In this document: positions 58,162 to 64,000 of the stretch, in pieces
Layout of the letters: each line of letters opens with the position of its first letter
How positions within the stretch are numbered: position 1 is the first letter of the stretch
From: Asaia bogorensis
Lineage (GTDB): Bacteria; Cyanobacteriota; Cyanobacteriia; PCC-6307; Cyanobiaceae
NCBI GenBank assembly: GCA_943370455.1
Contig: CALRQW020000001.1
Location: forward strand, 377,506 to 441,505
Direction of reading: 5' to 3'
DNA length: 64,000 nt
The notes under the pieces: model-generated
The model's database searches: none
What the model saw: only the letters and a program-made list of their open reading frames with translations
What the model was told of the DNA's origin: nothing
Program-made: the position numbers and the translations under genes

Positions 58162-58899
58162 TTAGGCAGCCGCGGCCAGGGAGTAGCGCTCTCCCACCTG
58201 GGGATCGATCAACTGGCTGCCGGCCGGCATCGCTGCAGACGCGCTCGCCGGGCTGCCCTTCATCCACAACAGCCGGGTGAGCAATCCGCTGAAGGCCACA
58301 TCGCCACCCGCGGTGCTCGCCAACACGGTGCGTGGTGAGAACCGCTCCAGCAGCTGCGGCAGCACGGCTTGGCCGCGCACGAACGCGCCCGCCACCGGTA
58401 AGCCCAGATCCACCACCGGTGTGATCACCGCATCGAGGGGTCGAGCCTGCAGATCGGGGCTGAGGTAGCCGTGGGGCTCGAGATAGAGCGACCCATCTGG
58501 ATGCTCCAGCAGGTAGCCGTTCTCCACCTGCGGCACGGGCGCTCCGGCCGTGGCTGTGATCTGCAGTTCGCCGTGGCAGCAGTGCTCACCGGGCCGCAGA
58601 GCGGTGACCGTTTCAAAGCCGAGGCTGCGCACCTTGGCTGCAGCCGACACCGATCCCACCACCGGGAGCGAGCGCGGCAGCAACTGCAGGGTTTCGGGAT
58701 GGGCGTGATCGTCGAGCCCTTGGGTCAAGAGCAACAGATCAAGTTCCTCAGGCACCGGCTGGCTGGCCGGCAGTTGGCCCTCGAAAAACCAAGCCCCCGG
58801 TGGAAACCGGAGCGCGCCCGTGAGCCAGGGATCCACCAGCACCCGCAGCCCCCCCAGCTCCAGTAGCCAGCCGTTGGCCCCGAAGTAGGTGGCGTACAT
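58162..58899 (-). CDS. MBL-fold metallo-hydrolase
   Basis: From ATG 58899: ATYFGANGWLL, LVDPWL, LLTQGLDDHAHP, ENGYL, YLEPHG. Confidence 0.88.
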   Translation of the reverse strand: MYATYFGANGWLLELGGLRVLVDPWLTGALRFPPGAWFFEGQLPASQPVPEELDLLLLTQGLDDHAHPETLQLLPRSLPVVGSVSAAAKVRSLGFETVTALRPGEHCCHGELQITATAGAPVPQVENGYLLEHPDGSLYLEPHGYLSPDLQARPLDAVITPVVDLGLPVAGAFVRGQAVLPQLLERFSPRTVLASTAGGDVAFSGLLTRLLWMKGSPASASAAMPAGSQLIDPQVGERYSLAAAA

Positions 58900-58980
58900 G
58901 GGCTCTGCAACAAGGAGATCGACCCTAAGAAGCGCCGCTGCGCGGGTGCTGGAATGCACTACAGGCGAGCGACTGTGCCG

Positions 58981-60663
58981 ATGCTGCGGCTCAACGAACT
59001 GAAGCTGCCGCTCGACCACGAGCCCGAAGCGATCGGCGAGGCCCTCTGCCGCCGCTTGAAGCTGGCACCGGAGCAGCTGCTGGAGCCGCCCCAGGTGGTG
59101 AAGCGCAGCGTGGATGCGCGCCGCAAGAGCAACATCCAGCTGGCCTACAGCGTGGAGTTTGGCCTTGAGCCAGGCCAAGAGCAGCGGCTGCTCAAACGCT
59201 TTGGGCGCGACCCGCACCTGCAACCCGCTCCCGACACCACCTATCAGCTAGTGGCTCAGGCACCAGCTGATGCCGATCTGCCGCGGCCGGTGGTGGTGGG
59301 AGCCGGCCCCTGCGGCTACTTCTGCGCCCTGCTGCTGGCCCAGATGGGCTTGAAGCCCCTGCTGCTGGAGCGGGGCAAACCGGTGAAGGAGCGCAGCGCC
59401 GACACCTTCGGCTTCTGGCAGCGCAAACGCCCGTTCAACCCGGAATCCAACGCCCAGTTCGGCGAAGGCGGCGCCGGCACCTTTTCCGACGGCAAGCTCT
59501 ACAGCCAGGTGCGCGATCCGCGCCATCTGGGCCGCAAGGTGCTCGAGGAGCTGGTGGCTGCAGGCGCCAACCCTGAAATCCTGGTGCTGCACCACCCCCA
59601 CATCGGCACCTTCAAGCTGGCCACGGTGGTTCGAGGCCTGCGGGCGCAGATCACCGCGCTCGGGGGTGAGATCAAGTTCGAAAGCCGCGTGGATCGGCTG
59701 GAGCTCAATCCGAGCGATCACTCGGTTCGCGGCGTGACCCTCGCCGATGGCCGCTTCATCGCCGCCCAGCAGGTGGTGATGGCGGTGGGCCATAGCGCCC
59801 GCGACAGCTTTGCGATGCTCCACGCGCAAGGCGTGGCGATGGAGCGCAAACCGTTCTCGGTGGGCTTCCGCATCGAGCATCCCCAACCGCTGATCGATGC
59901 GGCGCGCTGGGGGAGCTGCGCCGGCCACCCGCAGCTGGGGGCAGCGGAATACAAGCTCGTGCACCACGCCAGCAATGGCCGCTGCGTTTACAGCTTCTGC
60001 ATGTGCCCCGGCGGCCTGGTGGTGGGCGCCACCTCAGAGCCTGGGCGTGTGGTGACGAATGGCATGAGCCAGCACTCCCGCAATGAGCGCAATGCCAACA
60101 GCGGCATCGTGGTGAACATCGAGCCAGGCGATGTAGAGCCCTATGGCGACGGCCCCGGCGATCCGCTGGCAGGTGTTGCCTTCCAGCGGCATTGGGAATC
60201 GCGGGCCTACGCCCTGGGCGGTGAAACGTTTGCCGCTCCCGGGCAGCGCCTCGCTGATTTTCTGGCGGGCCGCAGCAGCAGCGCCACCGGCAGCGTGCAG
60301 CCCTCCTACGCGCCCGGAGTCACGCTCACGGATCTGAGCACTGCCTTGCCGGAGTACGCGATCGAGGCTCTGCGCGAAGCCCTACCGGCGTTCAACAGCA
60401 AGATCGCCGGCTACGCGATGGACGACGCGATGCTCACAGGGGTGGAGACGCGCACCTCATCGCCCGTGCGCCTGCCGCGCAATGAACAGCTGGAGAGCAT
60501 CAACACTCCCGGGCTTTACCCAGCGGGAGAGGGGGCCGGCTTTGCCGGCGGCATCCTCTCCGCTGCGATGGATGGCATCCGCGTGGCGGAAGCCGTTGGC
60601 CTCACTCTTCTTCGTCGGCAGCACCCAGAGGCGCCAGGCGAATCTGCTTGCGACCCAGCTTGA
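58981..60663 (+). CDS. NAD(P)/FAD-dependent oxidoreductase
   Basis: VVGAGPCG, FGEGGAGTFSDGKL, PHIGT, GHSARD, FCMCPGG.VV, GVETRTSSP, GEGAGFAGGI.SAA.DG. Confidence 0.92.
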   Translation: MLRLNELKLPLDHEPEAIGEALCRRLKLAPEQLLEPPQVVKRSVDARRKSNIQLAYSVEFGLEPGQEQRLLKRFGRDPHLQPAPDTTYQLVAQAPADADLPRPVVVGAGPCGYFCALLLAQMGLKPLLLERGKPVKERSADTFGFWQRKRPFNPESNAQFGEGGAGTFSDGKLYSQVRDPRHLGRKVLEELVAAGANPEILVLHHPHIGTFKLATVVRGLRAQITALGGEIKFESRVDRLELNPSDHSVRGVTLADGRFIAAQQVVMAVGHSARDSFAMLHAQGVAMERKPFSVGFRIEHPQPLIDAARWGSCAGHPQLGAAEYKLVHHASNGRCVYSFCMCPGGLVVGATSEPGRVVTNGMSQHSRNERNANSGIVVNIEPGDVEPYGDGPGDPLAGVAFQRHWESRAYALGGETFAAPGQRLADFLAGRSSSATGSVQPSYAPGVTLTDLSTALPEYAIEALREALPAFNSKIAGYAMDDAMLTGVETRTSSPVRLPRNEQLESINTPGLYPAGEGAGFAGGILSAAMDGIRVAEAVGLTLLRRQHPEAPGESACDPA

Positions 60664-60967
60664 TTTCAAACTCGTCGCCGGGCTTGAGATCGAGCAGAGC
60701 GGTATAAGCCTTGCCGACCATCAAGTTGCCGTTGAACTGCACCTTGGTGGTGAAGCTCAGCTTGCGGCCACCCTTACCCACCTTGCCGGTCGCACCACCA
60801 AACTCCACGCCTTTGGCGTTGAGCAGGGCTTCGTAGAAGGCCGTGAAGTTGAGACGCTCGGAGCCATCCTTCTTCGTGGACACATAGCCGCAGGCCCGAA
60901 CGATGTCGGACTTGCTCACGTCGCCAAGCTCTTTGACCTTGGCGAGAAGATCTGCTCCTGTGAGCAT
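60602..60967 (-). CDS. Cyanobacterial AbrB-like regulator (cyAbrB; core-type copy)
   Basis: MLTGADLLAKVKEL, ACGYVS, NFTAFYEALL.AKG, GRKLSF...VQ.NGNL.VGKAYT, EFEIKLGRKQI.L. Confidence 0.93.
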   Translation of the reverse strand: MLTGADLLAKVKELGDVSKSDIVRACGYVSTKKDGSERLNFTAFYEALLNAKGVEFGGATGKVGKGGRKLSFTTKVQFNGNLMVGKAYTALLDLKPGDEFEIKLGRKQIRLAPLGAADEEE

Positions 60968-61061
60968 TAGATTGTTAGTTATGCAACTTTTGCATTATCG
61001 CATCGCGACCCGAGCACTGCAACCGGACTGCCAAACTCCTCTCGCCGGCCAGTGAGTCGCC

Positions 61062-62870
61062 ATGGCGTGCACGGTGGTGTGGTTTCGGCGCGATTTGCGT
61101 CTGAGCGATCACGCAGCCCTCAGCCAAGCCTGTCGCCGCGGGGCGGTCCTGCCGGTGTTCGTCCTGGATCGGGATTTGCTGTTTCATCCCGAAACCGCTG
61201 TTGCTCGGGTGGCGTTCATGCTCGAGAGCCTGCGGGCGCTGGATGCCGAACTGCGCCAACGCGGCGGGCGTCTGCTGATTCGCAGCGGCGATCCAGCTGA
61301 GGTGTTGCTGCAGCTGGTGCGCGCCAGTGGCGCCGATGGCGTGATCGCTCACACCGATAGCGAACGCCTGGTGGGCCGTGTGCGCGATGCCCGCGTCAGC
61401 CGCGCCCTGGCCGCTCACCGCATCCCACTGCACTGGGTAGAGCCCGCCGGCGCCACCGGCGAGCTGATGCCCTACAGCCACTGGAGCCGCCAGTGGCATC
61501 AAGCCATGGCCAGCCCCGCCGTGCCGGCACCGGAGCGGTTGGTGGTGCCAGCCCCTTCAGAAGCACTGCCCGATCTGCCGGTTCCGAGCCTCCAAGAACT
61601 GGGCCTGCGCGCCGACGCCAAACCGATCCCCACCGGTGGCAGCGCCGCTGCCTTCCAACGGCTCGAACAGTTCTGCGAAGGCTCCGCCTCACGCAGCTAC
61701 TACTGGGAGCTCAGCTACCCCTCCGCCAAGGTCACCACCGGGCTGAGCCCGTATCTGAAATTCGGGGTGATCACTCCGTGCCAGTGCCTCCAACGCCTGG
61801 CTTGGCTGCTGCCCCGCAGCAGCGGTGAAGGCGGGCGCCGCGATCCCCGCAGCCGCAGTGCCGTGCAACTGGCCAGCCGCCTGCGCTGGGGCTGCGCCAT
61901 CCACCAGCGCTTCCGCTACTTGCCGCAACTGGAGTTGAGCGCGCTGTGGAGTCCGCTCGAGGGCGGCAGCGGCGTGGGCTTTGCTGCAGCGGAGCTGAGC
62001 TCAGATCAGGCCGCCGGGGGGCTCACAGCTGAACAAGAGGAGCTCTATGCCGCCTGGCGTGAAGGCCGCACCGGTTTTCCGATTGTGGATGCCGCGGCCC
62101 GCTGCCTTCAAGCCGAAGGCGGCTGGCTGGAACTGAATTTCCGCAGCCGTGCCATCTACGCCAGCTTCCTCTCCAATCTCTGCGGGATCGACTGGCGCTT
62201 CGGGGCCCTGCATTACATGCGCCACCTGATCGATGGCGATTGCCCGATCGATCACTACCAATGGGCGATGCAGGCCGGCGTGACCTATCACGGCAGCAAG
62301 GCCTGGACGCGGATCTACCACCCGGGGCAGGTGGCCGTGGATCGCTGCGACCCCCAGGGGCTGTTCATCCGCCGCTGGCTGCCGGAACTACGGGGCCTCA
62401 CCAACGATCAACTCGGCTCCCCTCCCGCCATGGCCGACTACCCCGCCCCAGTGCTCGATTACGAGCGCTCACGCCGGCTGCGCCTGGAGGCGTTGGAGCA
62501 GCAACGCCTCCACATCGGAGACGTTCAAGCCGCCATGGCTCGCCTTCCACAACATCTCCATCCCTTCGGCTACGAGCGCATTGCCGGATGCGATGTGGCC
62601 TGGGCGGATCTCTGGGCCAGCCAGCCACCTTCGGCCCTTCAACCCAGTGCCGTAGACCTGGAGCGACTGGATCCCGCCGGCTGGAAAGCCCTGCTCAGCT
62701 GGTTCAGCGGCACCAGCCGCACCAACAACACCAGCCGAAGCACGGGCGCCGCCCGAAAGGGGAGCAACAGCAAGGCCAGTGGAGGCCGCTCCAGAAGCCG
62801 CCGGACCCAGGAAAGCCCAGGCCAACTGAGCCTGGATCTTGGCTTCGCCCTGGATGCTGAGATCGGTTGA
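61062..62870 (+). CDS. DNA photolyase/cryptochrome family FAD-binding protein
   Basis: VVWFRRDLRLSDH.AL, LSPYLKFG, W..GRTGFPIVDA, R...ASFL, FIRRWLPEL, YP.P. Confidence 0.9.
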   Translation: MACTVVWFRRDLRLSDHAALSQACRRGAVLPVFVLDRDLLFHPETAVARVAFMLESLRALDAELRQRGGRLLIRSGDPAEVLLQLVRASGADGVIAHTDSERLVGRVRDARVSRALAAHRIPLHWVEPAGATGELMPYSHWSRQWHQAMASPAVPAPERLVVPAPSEALPDLPVPSLQELGLRADAKPIPTGGSAAAFQRLEQFCEGSASRSYYWELSYPSAKVTTGLSPYLKFGVITPCQCLQRLAWLLPRSSGEGGRRDPRSRSAVQLASRLRWGCAIHQRFRYLPQLELSALWSPLEGGSGVGFAAAELSSDQAAGGLTAEQEELYAAWREGRTGFPIVDAAARCLQAEGGWLELNFRSRAIYASFLSNLCGIDWRFGALHYMRHLIDGDCPIDHYQWAMQAGVTYHGSKAWTRIYHPGQVAVDRCDPQGLFIRRWLPELRGLTNDQLGSPPAMADYPAPVLDYERSRRLRLEALEQQRLHIGDVQAAMARLPQHLHPFGYERIAGCDVAWADLWASQPPSALQPSAVDLERLDPAGWKALLSWFSGTSRTNNTSRSTGAARKGSNSKASGGRSRSRRTQESPGQLSLDLGFALDAEIG

Positions 62871-62892
62871 GCCCGAGGAGCTCCAGATCCGC

Positions 62893-63717
62893 TCAGCTCG
62901 GCAGTTGCTGCGACACGATGCCGCTCCACTGCACGGCCTTCACCTGATCGCGGCGCCAGGAATGGAAGAGCAGCTCCTCGCCCACCGTGCACAGCGGGCA
63001 CACACTGATCTGCTCGGCCGGAACACCAGCCAACTCCAACTGGCGGCGCGTGGCGGCGCGGATGTCGAGGCGGCAGCGGCCGGGTTCGGGATCGCTCAGC
63101 AGCGCACCGCAGCGCTCCAGCTCCGCCATGGCAGCACCGGTGGCTCCGCCGCCAGCCGCCATTGGCAGCGCATCCGCGACCTGCTGGGCGACGCCCAGCT
63201 CCACCTGATAGCGCTCGCCACTCACCGCCGGGCCGAGAGCCACCAACAGATCACTGCGGCTGCAGCCTGCTGCCTCCAACTGCGCGATCGCCTCCAGAAG
63301 AATGCCGCCCGCCACCCCGCGCCAGCCGGCATGGCAGGCCGCCACACGGCCGCTCACCGGATCGGCGATCAACACCGGTGTGCAATCGGCACCGCACACC
63401 CAGAGGCTTTGGCCGCCGGCATCGCTCACCAGGCCATCGGCTTCCGGCCAGGGTTCAGCGGCAGCCGCACTGGCGGGAAGCACCAGGGCGCTGTGCACCT
63501 GCTTGGGGCGATGCACGCTCACGCCAGCGCTCACATAGCCCGCCAGCACCTCCGGCCCGCGGCCCTGCCACTGGCGGGGGAAGAAGCCGTGCTCAAACGC
63601 CGCGAGCAGGTCGGCCTGGAGGTAGTAGCCGCCGTAGCAGCCGATCCAGGTCCACCCCTCCAGCAGGTTGAAGCGGGAATCAGGGCGATCAAACGGGGGA
63701 TCAACGGCTTCCGCCAC
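62893..63717 (-). CDS. pgeF: Peptidoglycan editing factor PgeF (YfiH/laccase-domain)
   Basis: QVHS, ADGL, ADC.PVL, AACHAGWRG, LGPAV, CP.CT, SWRRD. Confidence 0.9.
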   Translation of the reverse strand: MAEAVDPPFDRPDSRFNLLEGWTWIGCYGGYYLQADLLAAFEHGFFPRQWQGRGPEVLAGYVSAGVSVHRPKQVHSALVLPASAAAAEPWPEADGLVSDAGGQSLWVCGADCTPVLIADPVSGRVAACHAGWRGVAGGILLEAIAQLEAAGCSRSDLLVALGPAVSGERYQVELGVAQQVADALPMAAGGGATGAAMAELERCGALLSDPEPGRCRLDIRAATRRQLELAGVPAEQISVCPLCTVGEELLFHSWRRDQVKAVQWSGIVSQQLPS

Positions 63718-63728
63718 GGTCCGCCACC

Positions 63729-64000
63729 TCAGGCGTCAGGAAGATCGCGCAGCACCCAGAAGCCATCGAAGCCGCTCTGGGCTTCGCTGCTCTGCACCGC
63801 CAGGAACTGCACGCCACCCACCTGCTCGCGCGCCGCGCGGAAGGCCTGCGCGGCGGCTTTGGCCTCCTCATCTTCCAGGTTGCCCAGCAGCCAGCGATCC
63901 TCCAAACCGGCCTCCAGCACCAACTGGTTGCCGCTCACCTCCAAGCGCACCGGCTCAAGGCCAGCAATCCAACCCGCAATGGCCAGAGACCGGGTGGCGC
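63729..64000 (-). CDS. Tab2/Atab2-family RNA-binding protein (3' part)
   Basis: RSLAIAGWIAGLEPVRL...LVLEAGLEDRW...GVQFLAVQ...FDGFW.LRD. Confidence 0.8.
   Translation of the reverse strand, partial: ATRSLAIAGWIAGLEPVRLEVSGNQLVLEAGLEDRWLLGNLEDEEAKAAAQAFRAAREQVGGVQFLAVQSSEAQSGFDGFWVLRDLPDA

Noticed and set aside
60981-60995. ATGCAA-CTT-TTGCAT palindrome upstream of the core abrB; also CAACAGC-T-GCTGTTG at 30305-30319
   Set aside because: Short isolated palindromes with no second occurrence found; chance cannot be excluded

Overview
GC-rich picocyanobacterial DNA (Cyanobium/Synechococcus-like; HIP1 GCGATCGC enriched). Housekeeping-type genes at both edges (Tic22-like and a periplasmic-binding protein on the left; MBL hydrolase, FAD oxidoreductase, cyAbrB, photolyase, pgeF, Tab2 on the right) flank a ~55 kb accessory region with a low-oxygen/dormancy and biofilm theme. 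(1) 1.7-19.6 kb: a tightly packed, mostly translationally coupled ppsA-hoxEFUYH-hoxW-hypABFC-nifJ(PFOR)-DHODH-like-hypDE cluster. (2) 19.6-26.2 kb: a lower-GC block with a His-rich HicA/release-factor-like fusion, three Cys-free double-glycine-leader peptides with shared Q/N motifs, a C39-peptidase ABC transporter, HlyD and an RTX-tail protein; it looks like a secreted matrix/amyloid or bacteriocin system. (3) 26-45 kb: regulators (LysR, two-component pair, four RHH proteins, cyAbrB, an atypical sigma-70, a GGDEF protein) mixed with homologs of mycobacterial DosR-regulon-type genes. (4) 45-51.5 kb: a poly-gamma-glutamate locus (pgsB, tandem-duplicated pgsC, multidomain lipoprotein CapA, NlpC/P60 hydrolase, HlyD). 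(5) 51.5-58 kb: a Na/K-type-like P-ATPase, PRTase, tspO, a highly divergent psbA with intact Mn ligands but a rebuilt QB pocket, and a desaturase. No tRNA, rRNA, CRISPR array, integrase or transposase was seen. All family assignments come from motif recognition by eye, not database searches.
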